From Octopus sinensis (Eukaryota): DNA of 64,000 bases. The position numbers and the translations under genes are program-made. The DNA lies in contig NW_021834639.1 in the NCBI RefSeq assembly GCF_006345805.1, positions 1 to 64,000 on the forward strand. Direction: 5' to 3'. Under the pieces are notes generated by a model. It was not told the origin of the DNA, did no database searches, and saw only the letters and a program-made list of their open reading frames with translations. Of this stretch, positions 25,990-39,678 are shown in pieces (within the stretch, counting starts at the first letter, position 1; every line of letters begins with the position of its first letter).

Positions 25990-26138
25990 CTGGTCCTCTG
26001 TCGGTTACGACGACGAGTGTTCCAGTTGATCCGATTAACGGAACAGCCTTCTCGTGAAATTAACCTGCAAGTGACTAAGCTCTCCACAGACACGTGTACT
26101 CTTAACGTAGTTCTCAGGGAGATTCAGTGTGTCCCTCT
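25990..26138 (+). repeat. Unclassified interspersed repeat (second copy at 62945-63095, minus strand)
   Basis: ctctgtcggttacgacgacgagtgttccagttgatccg...gtagttctcagggagattcag is shared by both copies. Confidence 0.75.
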
Positions 26139-26410
26139 GATTACAGATACTGCAGGGGTTCCTATCTTCCATATTTTGGCAATACCCATGCCTAGGTCAT
26201 TCAACTTCTCTGTTTAATTGAGTTCTTTGACTGTGACATTTTCCTCCTTCGGGGCTGCCATATCAATTAGGAGAGAAGTTTCATCTATATGGTTGTTTTT
26301 GTTTGTTTTGTTTTGTTATATCTTTGCGATTTTTAGTATTCATCTTTAATATTCCCGTTTGTGAGAGCAGTCGGGTTTATTTCAGATATTCTCATTTTAA
26401 AAATCATCTC
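26130..26410 (-). mobile_element. R4/Dong-type LINE restriction-like endonuclease fragment
   Basis: ETSLLIDMAAPKEENVTVKELN*TEKLNDLGMGIAKIWKIGTPAVSVIRG resembles the RLE motif LIDxxxPxxxNxxxKExEKxxKY. Confidence 0.7.
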
Positions 26411-26414
26411 TGGC

Positions 26415-26601
26415 TAAACACCAGGACTTACAAACACATATAACATACAGAAAATTGCACTACTAGGCACTGCACACATCCTACGCAGAACACTTTCCAT
26501 ACAATAACCATCAGAGCATCACAACAAATCACAGCACATACCCAAGGCACACAGAGCTGCACTCGGTAGTGAAGTGAAAGCACGCTATAGAAAATAAACT
26601 A

Positions 26602-26659
<58 letters not shown>

Positions 26660-26700
26660 TAATAATAGTAATAGTAATATAATAATAATATAATAATAAT
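26415..26700 (+). mobile_element. R4/Dong-type LINE 3' end with (AAT)n
   Basis: TPGLTNTYNIQKIALLGTAHILRRTLSIQ*, then a short UTR, then (AAT)n from 26602. Confidence 0.85.
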
Positions 26701-27814
26701 ACTGATGATGATAATGATAATAAAATAATGATGATATGATGATAATAATAATAATAATAATGATGATGATGATGATGATGATAACAGTTATCTTTCTCCA
26801 GTGATGTACTGCTGGGTGGGTGGGGGGATATCTCAATGAAAGATTACAAAAACAGTGGCGGTGAGATTTACAACGTGAATGGAGAACAAAAAATGAATAT
26901 ATGACATTATCCGTTTGCAGGGGACAACCAGCTTGATCAATCACCTCCGCGAAATATAAGCGAATTTCCTGTCTTTCGTTTCCAGTGAAACTGTCCATAA
27001 CATCTACAATGAAAGTCCTTGAAATGGCTTTGCTTAGTTTTTCTTTATTGATACCTTAAATATCTCCCGTAACATTGTCATTCATTCTGCTACTAATCCT
27101 CTACAGAAAGCCATGATTGATGCTTCATTGTTTGCATTATCTGACTTCAAGAGAGCCGTGAGTACCTGGCAACGATACAAAGGTCAGAAAGAATGATTCC
27201 CAGAACATTGTCGTTTACGCCCACCGCTAATCCTCCATAGAATTGAAGGATTGACGTTTCACCGACCGCATTATCTGCCTGGTAGAGAATTGTGAACACT
27301 GGGACGACATTAGAAATTGCCTGATGCCCTTTCTTTGATCTACACTTGAGCCATGGTAGGATCTCTCTCGAAAGTCCCTGACAAAAGTTAACTACACCTA
27401 TTCACTGACAAAGTTGTTGCAGTCTAAATGTACCCTGAACATCATCAGCCACGGATCTCGAGCCCTTACCATAGAGTGTGTTGGTATGAGAAGGATCTTT
27501 CTGAGCTGTGGAAATGGAACGTTTTTTTAAGCAAGAAGTCAAAGAGGGGCTGCATAAACCGATAAGATAAGGCCTAAAGTAAGACATGTTGGTCAGCGGG
27601 TAATATATCACGAAGGCGACATAGTTGTGCGCCACCTATAAATGACATATCGAATACAGCTTCTTCTTAGCTCGTTTGTATGTAAGACTGGCTAACCTAC
27701 TCATAATCATCAAGCTCTTACAACCCTGAAGGCCTTAACTGAACTTTTGCAAACCTATTTCTCCAGCAATATGTGTGGGGGTGTGTGTGTGTGTGTGCGG
27801 GTGCGTGTGTGTAT

Positions 27815-28040
27815 TTTTTCTGTCTCTCTTTGTACCCTCAAACACCCAACGCTTGACAACCGGTGTTAGTGTGTTTACGTACTCGTAGCTTAGCTGTTCG
27901 GCAAAACATCGATGGAATAAATACCAGACGTAAAAAAAAAAGAGGTACTGGGATCGAATCGTTCGACTAAAATTCTTCAAGGCGGTGCACCAGCATGGCC
28001 GCAGTCCAATGACTGAAACAAGTAAAAGATAAAGGATAAG
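27815..28040 (+). mobile_element. SINE family A, 3' half
   Basis: ttgacaaccggtg...aaggcggtgcaccagcatggccgcagtccaatgactgaaacaagtaaaag. Confidence 0.8.
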
Positions 28041-28329
28041 AACTGCTTCATTCTCTGTCGGCCTTCAACATCGAAGACAATGCATTTACCTTCTTGTGAA
28101 CGAGACTCGGTCTATGGATCCTATCTAACTTAACTCTGCAGATCACAGACCATTAATTTATTTCTCGAATGGAGTTCCACATGAACTCCAACCCTTTCTA
28201 TTTATACCGGCTGACTTCCTCACATCTCAGCAAATCATACAGGTTAGCCGTTGCATGAAGTATACCTATCTTTACCTCTCTTTAGACTCTAGAACACAAC
28301 TACTCCAATCTTGCGTATATCCTTTCTAA

Positions 28330-28515
28330 TTTTGGCTCACAGCCAGCAATTTAAGGGGAAGGGGTCATTCGATTAGATCGATCCCATTGCCCTAAAGGAT
28401 CAAAGGAGAAGTAAACCTCAGTGGAATTTGAACTCGGAAGGGAATGAGTCGAAAGATATACTGCAAGGAAATTTTTTAAGACGCTTTAACAGTTCCACCA
28501 GCTCGTCGGCCTTCG
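28330..28515 (-). mobile_element. SINE family B, degraded
   Basis: aaacctcagtggaatttgaactc...ccagctcgtcggcctt. Confidence 0.65.
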
Positions 28516-28530
28516 AACGAAGAGAATGGG

Positions 28531-28585
28531 TTCCCATGATAGAAATCGAACCCGGTCCGCCAGAGTGCAAGTCAGATATCCTAAC
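28531..28585 (-). pseudogene. 5'-truncated tRNA-Glu-like pseudogene fragment
   Basis: Minus strand gttaggatatctgacttgcactctggcggaccgggttcgatttctatcatgggaa follows the tRNA-Glu pattern GTTAGGAT...GGCGGCCCGGGTTCGA..TGGGAA; anticodon arm is damaged. Confidence 0.5.
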
Positions 28586-28656
28586 ACACACACACACACA
28601 CAAACACACTCCCCCTCTCTCTCTCCTTCTCTCTCTCTTTTTTCCTCTCTCCTCCT

Positions 28657-28734
<78 letters not shown>

Positions 28735-29162
28735 TTTCAAAACGGTAGGATGTAATTTGAAGGTGATTTGGCAGCTATTTCTAGTAAACGGGTCGACCAC
28801 ATTGGGGTTCCTCGGAGTTAGAATACAATATTTCTCTTCTTACTGACAATGCGCAAGAATAAACAATAGCCAAATACAAACGCATACCCCACACACACAG
28901 ACACATACACACACACACACACGAACACATATAAACACACATAGATAGTGATTATGTAACACACACATACGCATATATTCTATAGACTATAAGCTCTGGT
29001 ATAAAACGTACCGGAAGTGGCCTGGGCATATCACTGATGACGTCACAGAGGGCGATGAGTAGAATAACAAACCAAATATTTGACTGATCGAATGATTCAT
29101 TGAGCAATTGATGAATAATTAATTAATTTGTTAACTAGTTGACTAATTATTGTTTTCAATTT

Positions 29163-29450
29163 AGAGGTGAAGCGGTTAGGGTGTTGCAGTCACGATCGCT
29201 ATATCGTGGGTTCGATTCGCGGACTGGACTTTGTGTTGTGTTCTTGTGCAAAACACTTCATTTCCCGTTGCCTCAGTCCACTCAGCTGTAAATAGGTCAC
29301 CCTATTTACGTACTAGCTTTTTGATCGGGTTGGAGAGTGTTGGCTTCCCCGCCTAACCAGTGGGGTGGCACCATTCGGAAGCTAAAACGATGCAAAGCAT
29401 ATTGTGACGAGCGATATGTAACAAAACCCGACAATCTGGTTGATCACGTC
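29163..29450 (+). mobile_element. SINE family D (tRNA head, CORE-like body, family-C-like tail)
   Basis: gggttcgattcgc B box; cttcatttcccgttgcctcagtccactcagctgtaaa; tail gctaaaacgatgcaaagcatattgtgac. Confidence 0.7.
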
Positions 29451-30010
29451 AGTTAATTCAGGGGCACGACCCGCAATTTTGACGGGGAGGGCGTTAGTTG
29501 ATATCAATCATCCCAGTATTAAGCCGGAGTGTTGAAAGCAAAAGCTGACATTGGCAGGATTTGAACTCAGATTGTAAAGAGCAGGAAGAAGCATCGAAAA
29601 GCATTTTCCCGACGCCCAAGCGATTCTGCTACCTCACCGAAGCCACTAGTTGACGAGTAATAAATCCATTCTACGTCAGGCTCAGGAGCTGAAATTTGGG
29701 GAGAGGGAGATAAGTGGATTGTATCGACCCCACCTCCTTCCCTAGTTTTCAACTGGTACTTATTTTTCAAACCCTGAAAGGAATGAAAGGCAAAGGTCTT
29801 AGCTTAGACTTTTTTTGGAGGGGGACAACCAGATCACTGCCCGAAACTGTAAAGACATCTGGTAACTTCACTGACGAAAGAAGGCCACGAATGACCCGTC
29901 CTTTTTTCCTGCCCTCTAATTGTTGCTTTTCCTGTCGGTCTTTGTATCATCTATCTGTCCTGATGTTTTATTGTTCGCCTATTCTGCGTATTTTGTTCCA
30001 TTTTCTACAC

Positions 30011-30041
<31 letters not shown>

Positions 30042-30416
30042 CCACACACACACACACACACACCACCACACATATATATATATTCTATTATATTATATAT
30101 ATATAATATTACTATAATATATATAATATAACATTTTATTACTCTATAATCGGTAGTACCAGAAAATATAGTTGTCGGGCTACGATTATGGAATAAATGT
30201 TTATTCACTCTGAGAGTTATCTTTTTGTTCTTTGTTCTGTGGCACGACATGACTTCCTAGAACTTGTCACCCTTCCTCGAACATTTGTGCGTGTGTATAT
30301 ATATATGTACAGCTGTTTCAACACATTACTTCGCATAAGGAGCTTGCAAGACGATTACACACACACACAACACACACACACATATATATATATATGTATG
30401 TATGTATGTATCTATG

Positions 30417-30474
<58 letters not shown>

Positions 30475-30620
30475 GTATGTATATATATATATGTATATAT
30501 ATGTGAGTGTGTATGTATATAATGTATATGTATATAGATACATATGCATTTATATATAACACATACACATGCATATAATATATATATATATATTATATAT
30601 ATATATTATTAATAACATAC

Positions 30621-30651
<31 letters not shown>

Positions 30652-30779
30652 CATATAAAGTGTGTTACTGTCTGGGAGATATTTATGGTAGCAGAATGGT
30701 ATTTTAACTGCTATCTAAAATCAGTGCGTGGCGAAGTAATTAGCTGACCCCTCATTATAATTATGCTTATAATTACAGA

Positions 30780-30818
<39 letters not shown>

Positions 30819-30848
30819 ATATATAATATAATATATAATATATATATA

Positions 30849-30887
<39 letters not shown>

Positions 30888-31000
30888 GATATATATATAT
30901 ATATATATATAATATAATAAATATTAGGGAATGAATCCAAAATTACAGGAAAATCAGATTAGGGTTCAATCCAATTTTATAGTAAAATATTATATATAAT

Positions 31001-31137
31001 TCGAGACCAAACCACTATTTTAAAACCAAACAAGAAAAGACTTAATCAATACATAAATTTATTTTAATTTATATTAAAATTTTATGTATTGTATTAAGTC
31101 TTTTCTTGTTTGGTTTTAAATATTGGTTTTGTCTCGA
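31001..31137. repeat. ~60-bp inverted repeat with a short AT-rich loop
   Basis: tcgagac...aaaaccaaacaagaaaagacttaatcaatacataaattt is mirrored at 31077-31137. Confidence 0.85.
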
Positions 31138-31142
31138 TTATA

Positions 31143-31178
<36 letters not shown>

Positions 31179-31911
31179 TATATACACATATATACATATA
31201 TACATATACATGCATACATACATTTATGCGTATATATAAATGTATATATACTTGTCCCTATTCCATTGTTCAGAATGTTCGGACCCAGATGCCCTTCCGA
31301 TGTTAAGTTCGTAAAGACACCTGAAACCAACAACTCTAAACTGTGAACCTTCACACAGATGCACCATCTGGAAGCTCTTTCACGTACTCATTGCCAAAAC
31401 CCTGACACACGCCTTCACTCTACCCTCACACACACGTTTTGTCGTACAACACCTCCTTCTATAGGTGCTCACCCCTTACTCAATGCAGCCCCACACACCT
31501 ACACGTTGACAACAACATAAATATTGCAGTCTACACTGATTAACTTGGCTCCTAGTGAGTGCATTCCTTCCATTTTGGAATTAATGCCTAAATGGATCGA
31601 TGAAGAAACAGTGGTGGTGGTGGTGGTGGTGGTGTGGTGGTGGTAGAAGCACCATACACATATACGCACATATATGTCTGTATGTATACATGGGTGTTTG
31701 TGTGTGTGTGTAAATGTACATATATAATATATAGATATATATATATATATATATAATACCTGTATATATGAAAGATTATATATATATATATCTTTACATA
31801 TATACAGGTATATAATATATATATATGCACACACATGCATATATGAGACAACGGATGATGATAATGATATACATATATATCGGTTGATAATACATACATA
31901 TACACATATAT

Positions 31912-31954
<43 letters not shown>

Positions 31955-32129
31955 TTAATTAATATATATATGTATATGTATGTATTATCAACCGATATAT
32001 ATGTATATATCTTATCATCATCCGTTGTCCATATATGCATGTGTGTGTCTATGCGTGTGAGTGTGTGTGTGTTATAAACATTTATATATATATTCAAATA
32101 TATATATACACACAGCCATGTATAATTGT

Positions 32130-32715
32130 ATGCAGTTACATATATATAGTTATATGCATAGCTACATACACATATACATGCATACATACATACAAACATG
32201 CATAGATACACACATACGTACATACATACATATACATGCATGCACATATACATACATACATACATACACACACATACTACACCACATACACACATACATA
32301 CATACATCCATACATACATACATACATACCGTACATACACAAACACACATTACATACATACATACACATACATACATACATACATACATACATACATACA
32401 TACGTACATACATACATACATACATACATACACACCCATACATACATAACACATACACACATACATACACATACATACACACATACATACATACATACAT
32501 ACATACACAATTACACACATACATACATACATACATACATACATACATACATTACATACATACTACATACCCACATACATACATAATACATACATACATA
32601 CACACATACACACATACATACATACATACATACATACATACATACATACATACACACATACACACATACATACATACACACATACATACATACATACATA
32701 CATACATACAAGTAT
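32130..32715. repeat. (TACA)n microsatellite
   Basis: Direct inspection. Confidence 0.95.
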
Positions 32716-32946
32716 GCATACATATTTAAAACCTCATATAAAAGTTGTTTGAACATCCATGCATTGCCACGGAGTCATGCATAGGTAGGTTAGCAAGTGT
32801 ATGTACCTACCTTATATATTTATGTGTGTATGTATATGTGTGTGTGTGTGTGCGTGTGCTTGTGTGTGTATATAACACACTGCCTACCTAATATATATAC
32901 AGATAAATATTTATACATTAAACAAACATACATATGTGTGTGTGTA

Positions 32947-32992
<46 letters not shown>

Positions 32993-33019
32993 ATTATATA
33001 TACATACACATATATATAT

Positions 33020-33290
33020 ATCACCGTGACCACCGTGATCGACCAGGCTATCAGATGTTGCTACACATCGCTGTTCACAATGCGTTTCGCATTGGTTTAG
33101 CCTTCAAATGATGCCATCCGCTGGTTAAACGAGCAGGCCAAGAGAAGAAAGAGTGAGAGAAAGTTGTGGCGAAAGAGTAACAGCAGGGATCGCTATCACT
33201 CCCTGTCGGAGCCTCGTGGGCCTTTAGGTATTTTCGCTCAATAAACACTCACAACGCCTGTGTCTGGAATCGAAACCGCCACCCTACGAT
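33020..33290 (-). mobile_element. SINE family C, 5'-truncated
   Basis: Reverse complement of the 3802/62478 copies. Confidence 0.85.
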
Positions 33291-33948
33291 AACACACGCA
33301 CACAATATATATGTATATATGCATACGTTTGTGTGCATATATATAATATATATATATATATAAATATATATTATATTATATATTATATATATAGGTTTTG
33401 TAAATATATATACTATGCATATATATACATAACATATATTTGTATATATGTATGTATACCGACTATAGTCTCTGAGGATTTGTGTAATATCTCAGCTACA
33501 TGTCATCACCTGAAAACACCATATTGTCGGGTGATATTTTTCTATATTCCACATACTCTTTGTATTGAGTCCTTCACTCTAATTTTGGGCATGCACGTCC
33601 CGCAACTACAAGAATATACGCGTTACGGAAATAACACATTTTTGAAAATCTTCTGATTTTATTTCATTGGGTTTCGTGTAATAAATAATGAGATCAGATT
33701 TGACTGAATTTCTCGATAAAAGAGAAGCGAAAAGCAACAACAGCGACATAAAGCAATGCAATACGACGTCTTTTATGCGTGAAAATAAAACGATTTCTTA
33801 ATAAACACAGAAAAATATGAATCCATGAAAAACCATTTGAAAAGAAATACTTTGAGGAATAAACAAGAATCGATCAAATTCAGTACAAGTGATATAATCG
33901 ACTAGTCCCTACCCCACAAATTTGAGGCCGTGTGGCCCTGTATAAAGG

Positions 33949-34042
<94 letters not shown>

Positions 34043-34252
34043 TATGTTTACTTTGCTCTATATTTGTACAAGTTGGCTTCAAGTCTCCCCAGAGACCTCA
34101 AGACAACAGGTTGGAAGTTCGTGATGTTGTTATGCCTAGTGTGCCATATGTGGTTTTGTATTTGTGTTGTACTATGAATGTCACAAAAAAAAAAAAAAAA
34201 AATTTTGTTTAAATATTATTATTATTATTATTATTATTATATTATTATTATG

Positions 34253-34285
<33 letters not shown>

Positions 34286-37200
34286 TTATTTATTATTATT
34301 ATTATCATTATATTATATTATTATTATTATTATTATGATATTATATTATTATTATTATTATTACCATTTTTAGTGTTATTAGCGGTCAGCATACAAACAA
34401 ACTTCCTTTTTAGAAGTATCTAGATGCAACAACTCCGCAGACTCAAAGCGGAAAAATAAGTAATCCTATCTACTACTGGGAGAGGAATAATTGAAAATGA
34501 CTCTCTCTCTCTCCCATCTATCTACCCCTCTCTCTTTCACTCAATCTCTCCGTTCTCAGGTGCTAATACCGTTAATCAATTTGTTAAACCAGACAGAAAT
34601 CTATTATTAATGGGAAGACAATTCATTCATCTTTTGTCTATGGCCGACCTTTACGTCATATGCGGCAGATGATAAACATCTTGAAATATTGCTACAGATA
34701 TCTCGCTGATTTAATAGAAAGAACTGATCGGATTAGATAACTGTACCAAGGTAACCTTGTATCGAAGGAAATTAATTAAGAAGACAAATATCATCTTCGA
34801 TAAAGAAACAGATTTAAGAGAATTAGACCAAACTCTGACTTATAAATCAGTTAACTAGACAAATCATACTTGTTAATTGATTGTAGGGTCACCGTATTTC
34901 ATTATGTAACCATAGTAAAGATTTTAATATGCAACCATGTAAAGTGATAACTTTAAAATGTGACTAAATCGTGCTGCTAACACAGGCAGGTCACATTTTT
35001 GACTTATAAGACTTTAATATGCCTAATAGTATATTATGGCTGCATAACGAAATACGGTGTCCCAATCACTAGTTAATATGTACATACCAATTGCCAGAAA
35101 TGTGTTCATGGATGGTTAATGGATTGGATGTGGTGATGATGAAAGAGCAAGAACTCTCGAAATATGTATATACACCCATTACCTATTTTTATATCTTCGA
35201 TCGCATTGTTTACATAGACATGTTCGCATATGAAACATCGTAACTTTCAATGCTGGCTCTAATTCTTATAGAAAATCTGTAGAGACAGCTTTAAAAAGTG
35301 AAATCATACTAAATGATCGAAATCCATTCGAACAGTGACTCTCTTTCTTTTAGACAGTTTAACTTTGATTACATTATTCAATGACCTATTTGAAGGCATC
35401 CGAGTGAAATTTGAACAATATTTTAGCAACACTTTGTAGCGGTTCGGTGGGCACGCAGATGCTCCGTAATGGTGAGTGACCAGCATCTGTACCTATGTAA
35501 AAGACAGAGAGAGAGGAGGAGAAAACAGTTAAATAGAGAAGAAAGCATCGAAAGTCCTCATGCCTTTCACATAACTTTTTTTGTTATTTAAAGGAAGCAA
35601 ACGAAAAGGAAATAATAATAATAATAATAATAATAATGAAATGAATAAATAAATAACAAGTAAATCGCATTGCCGGTTTGACCTAAGAATGGAATCCAGG
35701 TGGAGCTGTCAGTTTGGCCTTCAGCAAACCACTTTCCCCGCTGGACCAGTGTTGATCACATTAACATTCTAAACTACTCCAGCATCCATTCACGTCATCA
35801 GGTGATCAGTGATGCAGATAAGTCTTATATCCAGTTTACTTACAGCCGTTTACAGCTCTTCAACAAGTGTAAAGATTAATTTCTCTTAAACGGCCGCCTT
35901 TTTATTCCAAATATCTTGTCCTACATTAAATGTCACAATCCAATGGAGGAAATTAATATAATATTTTTGCCTTCACTAGTACAGATGACGTCATCAAAAC
36001 ATTATTAAATGTCATCTAATGAACCGAAGAAAAACCGTTTTCAATTTCTTTCTTTCATTCCTTCTTTTCTTATTCCCTCTACTTTCTCTCTCTCATTCAT
36101 CATTTTAGTTTTCCCACCTCCTCCTCTCACCCTCCTCTTTCTCCCCCTTTTCTCCTTCTCCTTCCGCCCTCGTTCTTCTACTTCTTCGTTTTCTTCTTTC
36201 TTCAAGGGAGAAATGACGAAGATGATGTTGATACGATCATGTTGATACGATCATGATGATCGTTATCTTCGTCATCATCGTCTTTGTTGTCATCATCATC
36301 AACAACAACGGTACCATAAAATCACTACCACTGCTTCTACCACCACCGCCACCACTACCACCACTGCTAGCAAAAACACCACCGTGACTACCATTATCAC
36401 CACCACCATCACTAAAACACCTCTACCACCAACAACCACCACCATCACCGCCACTATCACCACTACAACCACCACCAGCGCCGCCACCCCTATCACTACC
36501 ATTTTGTGCAAATGTCGCTTACCATAAAACCGAGTTGAATAATACCCTCTGAGCGACATGTGCAAACAGAAAACTGTACGGAAGTCTTCCAGAAGGAGAG
36601 GGACTTCCTTTTCTTGGATCGTGATTATAATTTACCTCTTGGTTTAACACCGCTACTTGGTCCATGGGGAAGGGGTCCCTTTAGTATAGACTACATTGTT
36701 TCTCCTTTCGAGCCAGGTCTTCGAATACGGAAAACTCTATAAGGCTATACTCCTCCCTTACCCCACCAGTCTCGGAAACTCATAAGATGTCCATGAGCAC
36801 CACTCTTTATCCTTTGGTTAAATAATCAAAAAATGGCAAAAATTATCAGCTGCTAGGTGTGTATGTATGAGTGTTAAGGAAAAGAGAAACAGAGGTGAGG
36901 AGAAACAACAATAAACTTGAATAAGGCCATTACGTTCAAAATATTAAGCCATATAATGTGAACTGTCTCCAACTATGTCGTTTATTGACCATGATTTCCA
37001 ACCGAACACTCTTTTACTAAATTTGTTTATATTTAATTGCTTTCGATACCTTCTTACCTGGACTTTCATTTCGTCTGCTGGGAATAAAACAGTTGTCTGG
37101 GCAATCGATAACCCGGTATTCATATAACCTATACCAACCCGTCGAAGCTAAACTCGAATAAACATAGTCGTAAGTTTTAAGATTTATAATCTAATAATGA

Positions 37201-37742
37201 TGACGATGCGTTATTGTGTGTCTGTCTATGTGTGTATGTGTTTGTGTGTGTCTGTCTATGTGTGTGTGTGCGTGTGTGTATGTGTGTACGTGTGTGTGTG
37301 TGCTTATACCTATCTCCTCTCATAGCTCGTCCTCCTAGCGTTCATAATAATTTTTCTATCGTCTTGGCATAACAACCCTCACCGTTTCTTTTTACTGTTT
37401 CTGTTCTCACTGTCCTGTTCTTGTTACCACCATTACCCTCCGCAAAAAAAAAAACAAACCCAAATTTTATTTAATTTGCTTTGCGGGATGGACTGTTTCA
37501 ACGAAGTCGCGTATCGTCCTTACCTTCTAACGCGTAGATAAAATGGGGACAACTGAAGAAGGGGAATATTCTTTATGTTGCATGTCTCGTTTCCCCGTTT
37601 GTTTTTTCGTTGTTCGAAAGATAAGTTCGTTTTCTATGTTTTTGTTTTTATGTTTTCGTTTCTCATTATGGTCAACGTTTTTTTATGTCCTGTACTCATA
37701 TATGCATGTATATATACATAACATACAAACACACCACACACA

Positions 37743-37776
<34 letters not shown>

Positions 37777-37781
37777 CATAT

Positions 37782-37823
<42 letters not shown>

Positions 37824-37938
37824 GTAGGTAGTACATATATGTATATATATATGCATCTATTTATATATTATTTATATTACTATATGATCGAACGCCACGC
37901 ATCATTTTCTAAGTAACTTTTATCTGTCTATCTATCTA

Positions 37939-38022
<84 letters not shown>

Positions 38023-38249
38023 TACACATGCATACAAATACGCACACAGACACACACACAACACATATATATATATATATATCATTATTATATTATTATA
38101 TTATATTATGTTATAATATCTTATGTCGTAATTGCAATACGTAGGGTGGTTGGGGATGCTTTGGCATTGGTCAAGCTGTGGTAACTTTTGTGGTACTTCT
38201 TTTCTTATAGCTGTCGATAAGATTATCACCATACTTATATTAGTTTTAA

Positions 38250-38443
38250 ATTTTGGCTGAAGACCAGCAATTTCGAGGGAGAAGCTAAGTCGATTACATC
38301 GACCCCCAACGCTCAACTGGATCAACTTATTTTTCGAAAGGCAAAGTCGAACCGGCGGTACATAAATTTTATATGCAAAGTCGGAAGAAATGCCTCGGAA
38401 CATTTTGTCCGGCGCGGTAACGATTCTACCAATTCATTGCCTT
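38250..38443 (-). mobile_element. SINE family B, degraded
   Basis: aagtcgattacatcgacccc...gaaaggcaaagtcgaacc. Confidence 0.7.
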
Positions 38444-39025
38444 AATCACCATGCTCATATTAAAAACGTTTAGCGACGGATATGTGCCTCATTGTTATTA
38501 CAGAGACTTAATATGGATTCAGATATGATTAAGACACCACATATTCGATCTGTGACATCAAACGTATACAGGAGAAGAGCATGGATCCCATTTTATCAAG
38601 TTTTTGTTTGACAGGGTTGGTTGTTTCAGTATGGAAGCTCACCCACCACATCAAGTTTCAAATGCATTGAGTTTGCTACGGCATTCGTCTTAAAGCAATT
38701 ATTCCCGGAGCAATTCATGCTGAATTAGTTCTCACTAAGCGCTCCCAACCCAAAACCTAAAATAGAGATTTCATGACGTCACAAACAAGATAGCCTTATA
38801 CCTTTGAATATTAGGGCTGTTATTTGATGAAATGTTTTATCAGTGAATAGAAGTGGTTGACGATCCATAGCCAGAATTCATCGATCAAATAACGAAACGT
38901 CAAGTCTGTAAAGAGCGGGGTTGTTGCAGCTCTGCAGAGTTGAGCATCCAGAGGAACTTAGCCGGTTTCACAAACCAGGCTTCTCACCTATGAAGGGTCA
39001 TCCCTCCCAACATGCGATGCATACA

Positions 39026-39100
39026 TACAGAGCGGCCCAAAAGTAGGTTTACAGTTATTCAACCATCTCTTTCGCATTCATGTATTAACAGATATTACAA
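39026..39100 (+). mobile_element. Tc1/mariner-type TIR remnant
   Basis: TA followed by cagagcggcccaaaagtaggtttacagtt. Confidence 0.5.
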
Positions 39101-39104
39101 CAAC

Positions 39105-39452
39105 CGAAAGCTACAACAGTCCCCGAAATGGACGGCACTGCACTGTATCAAAGACCCCATCTTCATCGAAGATACGAACCCAATATTGTAACAGCTTGGT
39201 ATTCAAGGGACCACAATTTTTTGATTCCCTACCACAGAACATCAGGGATCTGCGAGGTGTGGACAAGGAGGTCTTCCAAAACGTCTAGACAGTTTTTTTT
39301 AAATCTTCAATGCCGGAGGCAGGAGGCACAAAGAAGAGTGACAACCTCGAACTCGCTACTTCACCAGAAGCAATACTGGGAAACTCACCAGAAGCAGTAA
39401 AGGCGGTGCACCAGCATGGCCTCAGCCTCTGGCTAAACCCGTAAAGGGTAAA
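39105..39452 (+). mobile_element. CR1/L2-group LINE 3' end
   Basis: RNGRHCTVSKTPSSSKIRTQYCNSLVFKGPQFFDSLPQNIRDLRGVDKEVF...TSNSLLHQ; tail shares 22 nt with SINE family A. Confidence 0.85.
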
Positions 39453-39476
39453 GTTATATATATGTGTATATATTAT

Positions 39477-39545
<69 letters not shown>

Positions 39546-39640
39546 TCTATATATATATTATATATATAATATCTATATAATATATATATATGAAAATAAG
39601 TCAAAATAGAAAATGCTAAAATAATTTTATATGAACATTT

Positions 39641-39678
39641 CAGTACCGATTTCAGTCATTTTGAGACCTTTTCAACTG
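39641..39678 (-). ncRNA. Variant hammerhead motif (U3-A8 covariant core) in a PLE-type terminus starting at 39591
   Basis: cag TTGAAAA ggtc-tcaaaat-gact GAAA tcg GTA ctg. Confidence 0.5.

Noticed and set aside
31250-31500. Possible RTE-LINE RT fragment (also 15080-15240)
   Set aside because: Only vague similarity (VRV.GNEY); no catalytic motif recoverable
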